Source of the DNA: Abditibacteriaceae bacterium
GTDB taxonomy: Bacteria > Armatimonadota > Abditibacteriia > Abditibacteriales > Abditibacteriaceae
Length of the DNA: 39,815 nt
Assembly (NCBI GenBank): GCA_031372065.1
Contig: JANMKN010000354.1
Location: 1-39,815 of the forward strand
Reading direction: 5' to 3'
The notes below the pieces were generated by a model. It searched no databases and was not told the DNA's origin. It saw nothing but the letters and a program-made list of their open reading frames with translations. Shown here in pieces: positions 16,731-25,000 of the stretch. Both the position numbers and the translations under genes were made by a program. The first letter of the stretch is position 1, and each line of letters begins with the position of its first letter.

Positions 16731-18332
16731 ATGGCAAACGCTGCGGAAGAATCACTTTATCTTCGTGAACAACGTCGTTTTCGTCGTCTGGAAGCCTCGC
16801 TACCGGTATGGCTCGCCAACGGTGAGGAATTTGATCGCCCCGGCGCTTTGCCGTGGACTTTGGGCTACACCCGCGACATTTCGATGGGCGGCTCGAAGGT
16901 TTTCGTGCCCATCAGCGAAGAAGCGCGCTGGAAAGAGTGCATGACGCGCAAATCGCCAGCACTTTTGCGTTTCGATGTGCCCGGAGTCAGCGACGACGAC
17001 TACGTTTCGGGTTATGTGCGCCATGTGGCGCGCGATCAGGAAACCGGAAACTGCTGGCTTGGCGTCGAATTCGATGAAGGCGCGGAGCGCACGCGCGGCG
17101 AAGTGATGAAAGCCGGCCTCAAAAGCATGAAGCAGCGGCGCCGCTTGCAAGTTACTTTGATAATGGCTTTGCTGCTGGTCGGATTGGGCGGCTTTGTCAT
17201 TAAAGGTTTGGCGACGCGCAACAATCAACTGCTCGCCGAAATTGATGCTGCCGAAGCCAGACAAGGCATTTTAGCTCGGCCTGGCCAAGTGGGAACACGC
17301 GCCGAAGGCATCAGCGGCTTGTTCGAAAGCGAAGATGTGCAAAGCCGTCTGGCGCGTTTGAGAAAACTCAACGATCCGAAAAACGCGCAGGTGGCGGAAG
17401 CGGAACGGATGCGTCAATTGAGAGCCTTGGGCATTGACGACAAGCCACTTAAAGGCGCGCAAGTGACGATGGGCGTGGCATGGCCTTATGGTTTCGCTTG
17501 GCCGCAAGTGACGCGCGAACTCGAAGAAATTATCGGGCGTTCGATTCCGTCGGTAGTCACTTTCCGCGATTTCAAAGCGCCTTTTCCGCTGGTAGATTGC
17601 CGCGAAGCGCGCATTCGCGGCAAGATTTTGCAAATCACATGGGAGCCGTGGCATTTCAACAATCCCAAAGCGGTGAAACTGGCGGACATTGTGAGCGGCA
17701 GATACGACAAATACATTGACAGTTGGGCCAACGGAGCGCGCAGTTTCGGCGGCGAATTGCACATTCGCTTCGCGCATGAATTCAACGGTAACTGGTATCC
17801 GTGGAGCGTTCCGGCCAACAACAAAAACGCTGGGCTTTATAAACAGGCTTTTCGCCATGTGCATGACCGTTTTTCGCGCGCGGGTGCCGATAACGTGCGT
17901 TGGATTTGGTGCCTGAACGCCGAAAGCGTGCCTGATGCCAGTTGGAACGCGCCGATGAAAGCGTATCCCGGCAACGATTATGTGGACATCGTTTCGATTG
18001 ATGGTTATAACTTCGGCAAAGCCCTGCCCAATTCGCGCTGGCAAACCTTCCGCGAAATTTACACCGCCCCTTACGCCACGGTTTTAAGATCGGAAGCCCA
18101 AAAAAAGCCGCTGATGATTGGCGAAATCGGTTGCGCCACCGTCGGCGGCAACAAAGTTCAATGGATGGCCGAGATGGATAGGCAACTGCGCGGCCCGTTT
18201 CGCAAATTTTCCGGCATCGTGTGGTTTGAAGCCGCCAAAGAAGCCGATTGGCGCATGGTTTCGTCTGCCGACACCTTAAATATAGCCCGCGTCATCTGGC
18301 GCAACCCCTATTATCGGCGAGGCGAACCTTAA
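16731..18332 (+). CDS. PilZ domain - transmembrane helix - coiled linker - GH26 glycoside hydrolase fusion
   Basis: PilZ motifs EQRRFRRL (RxxxR) and DISMGG (DxSxxG), plus GYVRHV and LGVEF; TM VTLIMALLLVGLGGFVIKGLA; GH26 motifs QITWEPW, IRFAHEFNGNWYPW, YPGNDYVDIVSIDGYN and KPLMIGEIG. Confidence 0.88.
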   Translation: MANAAEESLYLREQRRFRRLEASLPVWLANGEEFDRPGALPWTLGYTRDISMGGSKVFVPISEEARWKECMTRKSPALLRFDVPGVSDDDYVSGYVRHVARDQETGNCWLGVEFDEGAERTRGEVMKAGLKSMKQRRRLQVTLIMALLLVGLGGFVIKGLATRNNQLLAEIDAAEARQGILARPGQVGTRAEGISGLFESEDVQSRLARLRKLNDPKNAQVAEAERMRQLRALGIDDKPLKGAQVTMGVAWPYGFAWPQVTRELEEIIGRSIPSVVTFRDFKAPFPLVDCREARIRGKILQITWEPWHFNNPKAVKLADIVSGRYDKYIDSWANGARSFGGELHIRFAHEFNGNWYPWSVPANNKNAGLYKQAFRHVHDRFSRAGADNVRWIWCLNAESVPDASWNAPMKAYPGNDYVDIVSIDGYNFGKALPNSRWQTFREIYTAPYATVLRSEAQKKPLMIGEIGCATVGGNKVQWMAEMDRQLRGPFRKFSGIVWFEAAKEADWRMVSSADTLNIARVIWRNPYYRRGEP

Positions 18333-18477
18333 AGGAGATTTTAAATTAGGAAGGCAGGAAGAAGGAAGTAAGGAAAAAGATCAAGATGGAGGTTCAGACA
18401 GGATTTGCTTCAAGGATTTCACGCTCTCATCGTTTCATTACTCCCTTCTTTCCTGCCTTCCTAATTTAAAATCTCCT
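18333..18477. repeat. 145-bp MITE-like element with perfect 28-bp terminal inverted repeats
   Basis: aggagattttaaattaggaaggcaggaa (18333-18360) is the exact reverse complement of 18450-18477; imperfect pairing continues inward. No clear target-site duplication. Confidence 0.75.
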
Positions 18478-18485
18478 AATTTTTC

Positions 18486-19433
18486 ATGCTGATTGTTTTA
18501 GAATCGCGCACATATTCGGTCAAAGCGCACGATGAAATCATGCGGCAGTGGGGCGAAGTGCGCTATGAAAGTGGGCCGCTGACGCTGGACTTGCGCACGC
18601 TCGGTTTCATTGATCCGTTCGCCATGTGCGGCTTGGTTTTGTTCATCAACCATTTGCCGGACGAAGCGTTGCCGGTGAAATTAATTTTACCCGGCTGGCC
18701 GCCGCAAGGCGCTTTGCAAACGACTAAACCCAGCGAGAAAAGCGCGCTTGAAACCATGCCCAACGGCCCGGTTTCCTATCTCACGCGCATGGGGTTTTGG
18801 GATTTGGTGCGCGATAAACTGGATTGCCGCGAAAACCAAATTCCGGTTTGGCCGACGTATTTGCCCGAACGAAAAGTGCTGCTCGATTTAACCGTTATGC
18901 ACTCGCACGATGCCATTAGTGTCATGCTGCGACGCACCGGCGAATTGCTGCAAGGCATAGGTTATTCGGTTGTCGGGCGCGGTCATGTGATGGAAGTTTT
19001 GTCGGAACTGTGTTCCAATGTGTTGCTGCACGCGCACGCCGATTTCGGTGGCGTGGCGGCGATGCAAACCTATCGCAACAAGCAAGATACGCGTTATTTA
19101 GTCATCGGCATCGGTGATATGGGTATCGGCGTGCGCGCCAGTTTGGCAAACAATGAAAAATTAGGCGGACGCCTCGAAAACGATGCGCAGGCGCTTGGCG
19201 TAGCGGTGCAAATGGGTTCGTCTCGCTACGCCTCCGGCGGTCATGGCGGCGGCTTGCCACGGGTTTTAGATATTGCGCGGCGCTATGCCGGGCGCGTGGC
19301 TTTGCGTTCGGGCACCGGCGCTTTGGCTTACAACGGCGTGGACGAACAGCGCCGTTCGTTTGAAACTTCGAAGCTGCCGGGCACACATTTGCGCATTGTG
19401 CTGCCCGAAGCCAAATTGAAATCTTCAAAATGA
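18486..19433 (+). CDS. STAS-like + HATPase (GHKL) domain protein, anti-sigma-kinase-like
   Basis: LTLDLRTLGFIDPFAM...SYLTRMGF (STAS-like); ELCSNVLLHA (N box), GIGDMGIGV (G1), GHGGGL (G2), GRVALRSG and PGTHLRIVLP. No H-box seen. Confidence 0.78.
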   Translation: MLIVLESRTYSVKAHDEIMRQWGEVRYESGPLTLDLRTLGFIDPFAMCGLVLFINHLPDEALPVKLILPGWPPQGALQTTKPSEKSALETMPNGPVSYLTRMGFWDLVRDKLDCRENQIPVWPTYLPERKVLLDLTVMHSHDAISVMLRRTGELLQGIGYSVVGRGHVMEVLSELCSNVLLHAHADFGGVAAMQTYRNKQDTRYLVIGIGDMGIGVRASLANNEKLGGRLENDAQALGVAVQMGSSRYASGGHGGGLPRVLDIARRYAGRVALRSGTGALAYNGVDEQRRSFETSKLPGTHLRIVLPEAKLKSSK

Positions 19434-20284
19434 AACGAATTGCTTTTTTTTATCTTGTCGCTTTGATGGCGACTGCTGTTCAGGCGGCACCGCTGCCACG
19501 ATTTTTTGTGGAAACCAAAGGCCATTATCTTTTCGGCGCGTGGATCAATGGAAAATGGGTTGATGGCGTGAGTGCGCAGAAAATGGTGCGTGGTGGCGAA
19601 AATTACGTGATTTTTAATGAATTGAAATCGTTGGGCTTGTTTAAAGGTGGCAAAGCCTCAAGTTTTGGTGGCGAATGTGCCAACACATATTTAGTGAAAC
19701 TGCAAACGCCCGTCTACAAGCCGGGCGGTCTTTTGGCGCGGCGCATGGGGCCTCCCCGTTATATTGCCGTCAGCGGCGTGCCTTCGCTGCAAAGTAAAAA
19801 ACTGATGCCGCGCAGTGCTCAAACGTTGGATTCAGCGCCGATTTATCACAATTTCGTGGTGCAATGGCTCAAAACGCGCGGCGTTAAACAGCCGCAAGTC
19901 GCCATTAGCAAAATCTGGCGCACCGATTTGGATGGTGATGGCAAGCCGGAAGTCATCATTAACGCGATGCGTCACAACTATATCACCGGCTCACCGCGCG
20001 ACTTGAGTTCCGATGCCCATAGTGGCGATTACAGCTTGCTTTTAGTGCAACGCATGAAAGGGAAAAAACGCGAAACCATCGCTATCGAAAGCCAAATTTA
20101 CCCGCAGGCTAAAGCGATGACTTCGCCGACGTTGCAGGAATTGACGAATGTGCTGGATTTAAACGGCGATGGCAAAATGGAAATCATCGTTCATGGTCGT
20201 TATTATGAGGGTGATTGGATGAGCGTTTATGAATGGCAGGGAACATCATTCAAGCGCGTTTTAACGACAGGTTGTGGCGTTTAA
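19430..20284 (+). CDS. Secreted hypothetical protein with FG-GAP/VCBS-like Ca-binding motifs
   Basis: Signal peptide MKRIAFFYLVALMATAVQA; TDLDGDGKPEVII and LDLNGDGKMEIIV; ATGA overlap with the upstream gene. Confidence 0.8.
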   Translation: MKRIAFFYLVALMATAVQAAPLPRFFVETKGHYLFGAWINGKWVDGVSAQKMVRGGENYVIFNELKSLGLFKGGKASSFGGECANTYLVKLQTPVYKPGGLLARRMGPPRYIAVSGVPSLQSKKLMPRSAQTLDSAPIYHNFVVQWLKTRGVKQPQVAISKIWRTDLDGDGKPEVIINAMRHNYITGSPRDLSSDAHSGDYSLLLVQRMKGKKRETIAIESQIYPQAKAMTSPTLQELTNVLDLNGDGKMEIIVHGRYYEGDWMSVYEWQGTSFKRVLTTGCGV

Positions 20285-20294
20285 AGGGAAAATA

Positions 20295-21341
20295 ATGAAA
20301 GTGGGACTCATCGGCGTGGGCCGCAAAGCGCTGACCATTGACGACGAAACGCGCTGGCTTTTGAATTACGATTATCTGTCGTGTTCGCAAGCCTCGGCCT
20401 TTGAAGCGCATGATGTCACCAAAGTTGTTGCGCTCGCCAATCCCGGCGATGATGCGAAATCTTCGTTTGAAAAGCGCTTTGGTGCTGTGAATTATTACGA
20501 TTCAGCGCGAGCGATGCTCGAAAACGAAAAACTTGACATCGTTGGCATTGCCACGCACGCGCATTTGCACGCCGAAATGACAATTTTAGCCGCGAATGCG
20601 GGCGTCAAAGGCGTGCTGTGCGAAAAAGCGATGGCAACTTCGCTTGCCGAATGCGATGCCATGATTTCCGCCTGCCAAAAGAGCGGCACGAAATTGTTAA
20701 TCAACCATCCGCGTCGCTTTCATCCGGTTTTTCAAATGGCGAAAGAACTGATTGCCGGAGGCACCATTGGCGAAATCAAAATGGTGGAATGTTTTGGCTA
20801 TGGGAAATTGATGCACAACGGCAGTCACGCTTTTGATGTGCTGACCGATTTCTTCGGCGAAGCCGCGTGGGTGCAAGGCGAACTGATCGAAACCGACGAC
20901 AAAGCCGACCCCGATGGGCGCGGTTTGGTGAAAATGAAAAATGGCGTCACCGCTTTGGTAGATTTCGCTTCGATTCAGCCCTTTGAATTCACTTTTCGTG
21001 GCGATGGCGGCTTGCTGACGATTGACCAATTTGAAGAAGGCTTGCAAGTGACGCTTTACGAATTGCAAGATCAGCGTCCGGGCCGTCCGTGGTTTAGTTA
21101 TTCGCCCAAACGCGCGGTGCGCCGTCGTTATCATGCGCCGCAAAGTTTCATGCTGCCAATGCAAGGCGCCGTTGATGAACTTGTCACCGCCATCAACGAA
21201 AACCGCGCGCCCAATTGCGACGGTCACGCTGCTCGCGCCAGCATCGAAATGGGCATCGCCTTGCACGCTTCGGCAGAAAATAACGGCGCCCGCATCGCAT
21301 TGCCGTTCGGCGATGGGCAAAAGCGCGTTATCTCGCGCTAA
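20295..21341 (+). CDS. Gfo/Idh/MocA family oxidoreductase
   Basis: MKVGLIGVG, LDIVGIATHAHLHAE, VLCEKAMA, INHPRRFHP, GTIGEI and LMHNGSHAFD motifs. Confidence 0.9.
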   Translation: MKVGLIGVGRKALTIDDETRWLLNYDYLSCSQASAFEAHDVTKVVALANPGDDAKSSFEKRFGAVNYYDSARAMLENEKLDIVGIATHAHLHAEMTILAANAGVKGVLCEKAMATSLAECDAMISACQKSGTKLLINHPRRFHPVFQMAKELIAGGTIGEIKMVECFGYGKLMHNGSHAFDVLTDFFGEAAWVQGELIETDDKADPDGRGLVKMKNGVTALVDFASIQPFEFTFRGDGGLLTIDQFEEGLQVTLYELQDQRPGRPWFSYSPKRAVRRRYHAPQSFMLPMQGAVDELVTAINENRAPNCDGHAARASIEMGIALHASAENNGARIALPFGDGQKRVISR

Positions 21342-21426
21342 TTTGCGCCGAAAATTGGCGTTTTCGTTTCATCTGCCCGTTTGGAAGCGGGCGTTAGCCC
21401 CACTTGTTGTCGTTACCTGCTACATC

Positions 21427-23043
21427 TCACGGCTTCGCTGGCAAATCGTTGCTTACAGGGTTGAGGATACGCGGCGTAACGAAGACAACCAATTCGGTGT
21501 GGACAGTGTTTTTCTTCTGCGAGCGGCCTAAAAAGCCAATGATGGGCAAGTCGCCGAGCAGCGGAATTTTGCGGCGAACGGTTTGTTCTTGGTTGAGCGT
21601 TAGGCCACCGATAGCGATGGTTTCACCGTCTTTGACGCGCACGGTGGTATCGGCGCGGCGCGACGACAAAACGGGCAAACTGGTCGCTAAATCGAGTTCG
21701 GTGATGTTGGAAACTTCAGGCTGAATGCGCGTGGTCACTTCGCCGTTGCCGCCAGTCAGCGGCGTGATTGAAAGTTTGACGCCCACGTCCACCGGTTGAA
21801 TGCGCGTTTGGGTTTGGCCGAACGAGTTGAACTGCGTCAGAATGAAACGCTGCGCGCCGATGAAAATATCGGCGCGGCGACCATTGACAACTGCCATTTG
21901 TGGGCGTGCCCGCACCCGCGCTTTGCCCCGCAATTCCAAAGCCTTCAAGTTCGCTTCAAAGTTGCGTGGCAGCGTGCCGATACTCGAATAATTTATGGTG
22001 CCGGTTGTATTATTCAGCGAAGCGAAATCGCCCAATTTCGTGCTACCCAGCAGCAAACCAACTTCGTTATCGGTGGTATCTGTCAACTCGACTGCGATGG
22101 CCTCGATGAGAATCTGCGGCGACGGCACATCCATTTTTTGCAAGTCCGAGCCGATTTTTGCCAGCATCTGTGAAGGTGCCGTGACGACCACCGCGTTTTG
22201 CTCCGAATTGACTTTCACATACGAAAACAAAAAGTTCGGCAAGAGGCCCGAAGCCGTCGCCGCCTGCGTATTTTGCATCCGGAATGAGGCTGTGCTGGAC
22301 AAGTGATACGTCGCTAAGTCCGTAGGCACGCCTTCGCTCATCATGAAGATTTCGTTGATGCGCGAAAGAGCCAAACCGTAAGCCGTCGCAATGGATTGCA
22401 AAGCCGCCGACGGGTCAATGTTCTTTAAATTCAAGCTAACTTTGCGATTTACGGCGTCATCCACGGCGATGGCGAGGCCCGTTTGCTGTGCGATGGCACC
22501 CATCAATTGATGAATATCGGCGCGCACGGCGCGCACAGTCAGCAATTTGTTTTCAAACTTGACCGTGGTGGATGTGTCGGGTCGCGCATTCGGATCGGTG
22601 GTGTCCGTTTCCTCGTTGTTGTGCGTTTCCACAGTGCGATCCGATTGAATCGTTATCAAAACGCCTTGACCATCGGGCGTGCGTGCCACACTGGCTTCGG
22701 TGACCACAAAGTTGGAAATTTGCAGCATGACGCCGATGCCTCCCACGGCATCCTGCGGCGTGGAAAGTTGCAAATAGGAAATCGGGTAGCGATTGACGTT
22801 GAAAAAGTTTTTGCCCGTGCCATTGCGCGCGTCAGGAAACGACAGGGCCATTTTCTGGCCGCTGGTGTCGGCGTTGCGATACTGCAAAATGCCGTCGGCA
22901 GCGATTTTTATCTGCACGCCGTTGGACAGCGGCGTCACCACAATCGAATTGATTGTCGTGTAAGAGCGCCCGGCATTTTGCGCCTGAGCAGTCAGTGAAA
23001 ATACGAAAAGACAAAAGTAGAGAACGACAGTGCGTAGATTCAT
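21427..23043 (-). CDS. Outer-membrane secretin (PilQ/GspD family) with AMIN-like and N domains
   Basis: Signal peptide; SEQNAVVVTAP, MDVPSPQILIEAIAVE, LKALELRGKARVRARP, VDVGVKLSITP and TTVRVKDGETIAIGGL...KIPLLGDLPIIGFL...ELVVFVTPRI. Confidence 0.92.
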   Translation of the reverse strand: MNLRTVVLYFCLFVFSLTAQAQNAGRSYTTINSIVVTPLSNGVQIKIAADGILQYRNADTSGQKMALSFPDARNGTGKNFFNVNRYPISYLQLSTPQDAVGGIGVMLQISNFVVTEASVARTPDGQGVLITIQSDRTVETHNNEETDTTDPNARPDTSTTVKFENKLLTVRAVRADIHQLMGAIAQQTGLAIAVDDAVNRKVSLNLKNIDPSAALQSIATAYGLALSRINEIFMMSEGVPTDLATYHLSSTASFRMQNTQAATASGLLPNFLFSYVKVNSEQNAVVVTAPSQMLAKIGSDLQKMDVPSPQILIEAIAVELTDTTDNEVGLLLGSTKLGDFASLNNTTGTINYSSIGTLPRNFEANLKALELRGKARVRARPQMAVVNGRRADIFIGAQRFILTQFNSFGQTQTRIQPVDVGVKLSITPLTGGNGEVTTRIQPEVSNITELDLATSLPVLSSRRADTTVRVKDGETIAIGGLTLNQEQTVRRKIPLLGDLPIIGFLGRSQKKNTVHTELVVFVTPRILNPVSNDLPAKP

Positions 23044-24024
23044 TTAATGAGGTTGCGATTCTTTTTGCGGTTCGGAAAATTCGCCCAATTTACGGAAACG
23101 CGCGTAGCGTTGGTCAAGCAATTCTTTGGGTTTGAGTTTGGACAATTCACCTAAGTGGCGTTCGAGTGTGTCGCCCAAAGTTTTGGTGAGCAATGCCATA
23201 TCGCGGTGCGCGCCGCCGAGCGGTTCGGGCACGATTTCTTCGATGATGCTGAGACGATTGGCATCTTGCGCGGTGATTTTCAGGTTTTCTGCCATCTGCG
23301 CGGCTTTGCCGGAATCGCGGTAGATAATCGAAGCGCCGCTTTCGGGCGCGATGACCGAATAATACGCGTGTTCCAGCATCAAAACGCGGTCACCATAGGC
23401 TGTGGCAATCGCGCCGCCGGAGCAGCCTTCGCCGGTGATAATCACGATAATCGGGACAGGCAAGCCGCTCATTAGCATGATACTTTGGGCGATGGCTTCG
23501 GAGATGCCACGTTCTTCGGCTTCGGGCGAACAAGCGGCGCCGGGCGTGTCTACAAACGAGAGAATCGGGCGATGAAAGCGCGCCGCCAATTCCATGACAC
23601 GGCCTGCTTTGCGATAACCTTCGGGCGACACCATGCCAAAATTGCGTGCCAGGTTTTCTTTGGTGTCGCGGCCTTTTTGATTGCCAACGACCGCCACGCC
23701 GCGCCCGCGAAAGCGCGCCAAACCGGCTACCATAGCGCCATCGTCGCCATAAGTGCGGTCACCATGCAATTCGACCCAATCGGTGCAGAGGCGATCTATA
23801 AAGTCGAGCGTATAAGGTCGTTTGGGGTGCCGCGCCATTTGCACCTTGTCCCACGGCGACAGATTGGAAAAAATATCTGCCATCAACTTGCGTTTGCGCA
23901 CTTCCAAACCATCAATTTTTGCCGAAAGGTCAATTTTTTCTTTGGCGGCGAGTTCTTTCAGATCGTTGATCTGCTTTTCGAGTTCGACCAGTGGTTCTTC
24001 AAAAGGTAGCCAGCGGGAAAGCAT
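23044..24024 (-). CDS. accA: Acetyl-CoA carboxylase carboxyltransferase alpha subunit
   Basis: LPFEEPL, QMARHPKRPYTLD, ELHGDR, RNFGMVSPEGYRKA, VDTPGA, GEGCSGGA and YSVIAPE motifs. Confidence 0.97.
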   Translation of the reverse strand: MLSRWLPFEEPLVELEKQINDLKELAAKEKIDLSAKIDGLEVRKRKLMADIFSNLSPWDKVQMARHPKRPYTLDFIDRLCTDWVELHGDRTYGDDGAMVAGLARFRGRGVAVVGNQKGRDTKENLARNFGMVSPEGYRKAGRVMELAARFHRPILSFVDTPGAACSPEAEERGISEAIAQSIMLMSGLPVPIIVIITGEGCSGGAIATAYGDRVLMLEHAYYSVIAPESGASIIYRDSGKAAQMAENLKITAQDANRLSIIEEIVPEPLGGAHRDMALLTKTLGDTLERHLGELSKLKPKELLDQRYARFRKLGEFSEPQKESQPH

Positions 24025-24027
24025 AAT

Positions 24028-24106
24028 GAGTTTTGAGTTCTAAGTTTTGAGTTAGGAGTTAAAAAATTCTTATCAACTCTTAACTCCTAACTCATAACTC
24101 GTAACT
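24028..24106. repeat. Heptamer-unit inverted repeat filling the accD-accA spacer
   Basis: gagtttt/gagttct/aagtttt/gagttag/gagtt facing aactctt/aactcct/aactcat/aactcgt/aact. Confidence 0.8.
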
Positions 24107-24899
24107 AATCCAAGAGTAGGCCCAAAACTTGGGCGATGGTTTCTTTGAGTTTGGCGCGCGGCACGATTAAGTCAATTTGGCCGTGCTTCATTTGAAAATC
24201 AGCCGATTGAAAATCCTTCGGCAATTTGATGCGCAAGTTTTGTTCGATAACCCTCGCGCCGGTAAAGCCAATCAGCGCGCCCGGTTCGGCAATGGTCACG
24301 TCGCCCAAGCTGGCGAAACTGGCTTGCACGCCAGCGGTAGACGGGTCGCTGAGAACGCAAACGTAAGGCACGCCGGTTTGTTGCAAGCGGCCAATCGCGG
24401 CGGAGGTTTTCGCCATTTGCATTAAGCTGAGTAAGCCTTCGTGCATCCGCGCGCCGCCCGTCGAGGTGACGACAATGGCCGGACGTTTTTGCTCGGCGGC
24501 CCGCTCGAAAAGTCGCGTGATTTTTTCGCCGAGAACGCTGCCCATCGAGCCGCCCATGAAACCGAAATCGCTGGCGCCCAGACAAACTTTGCGACCTTCG
24601 AATTTTGCCGCGCCCGTGACGCATGAATCTTTGAGGCCGGTTTTGACTTGTGCGACGAGACGTTTATTTTCGTAATCGGGAAAGTGCAAAGGGTCAAGCG
24701 GCGCAAGTTCGGCGTCCCATTCGTCAAAGGAATTGGCATCGGCTAACATTTCGATGCGCTCGGTCGCGCCAAGGCGAGCATGAAAGCCGCATTTCGCGCA
24801 AACTTTGAGGTCGCGCTCCCATTCTTTGGTGACCAAAAGCGCGCCGCAACCGGCGCATTTCATCATCAGATTGTCGGGAATATGGTGTATCCGGGCCAT
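24105..24899 (-). CDS. accD: Acetyl-CoA carboxylase carboxyltransferase beta subunit
   Basis: Zn ribbon KCAGC...VCAKC, DPLHF, FMGGSMGSVLGEK, GGARMHEG..SLMQMAKT, AEPGALIGFTGARVIEQ and FQSADF; start MARIHH (ATG 24899). Confidence 0.96.
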   Translation of the reverse strand: MARIHHIPDNLMMKCAGCGALLVTKEWERDLKVCAKCGFHARLGATERIEMLADANSFDEWDAELAPLDPLHFPDYENKRLVAQVKTGLKDSCVTGAAKFEGRKVCLGASDFGFMGGSMGSVLGEKITRLFERAAEQKRPAIVVTSTGGARMHEGLLSLMQMAKTSAAIGRLQQTGVPYVCVLSDPSTAGVQASFASLGDVTIAEPGALIGFTGARVIEQNLRIKLPKDFQSADFQMKHGQIDLIVPRAKLKETIAQVLGLLLD

Positions 24900-25000
24900 G
24901 AATCTTCGATTTAACCTCAAATATCTTCCTTGATTTAGAGCGCTTAAACAACCATTGGGGCCTTTCGCGGATACTTCAGCTTTGAAATAATCCAATTAGC

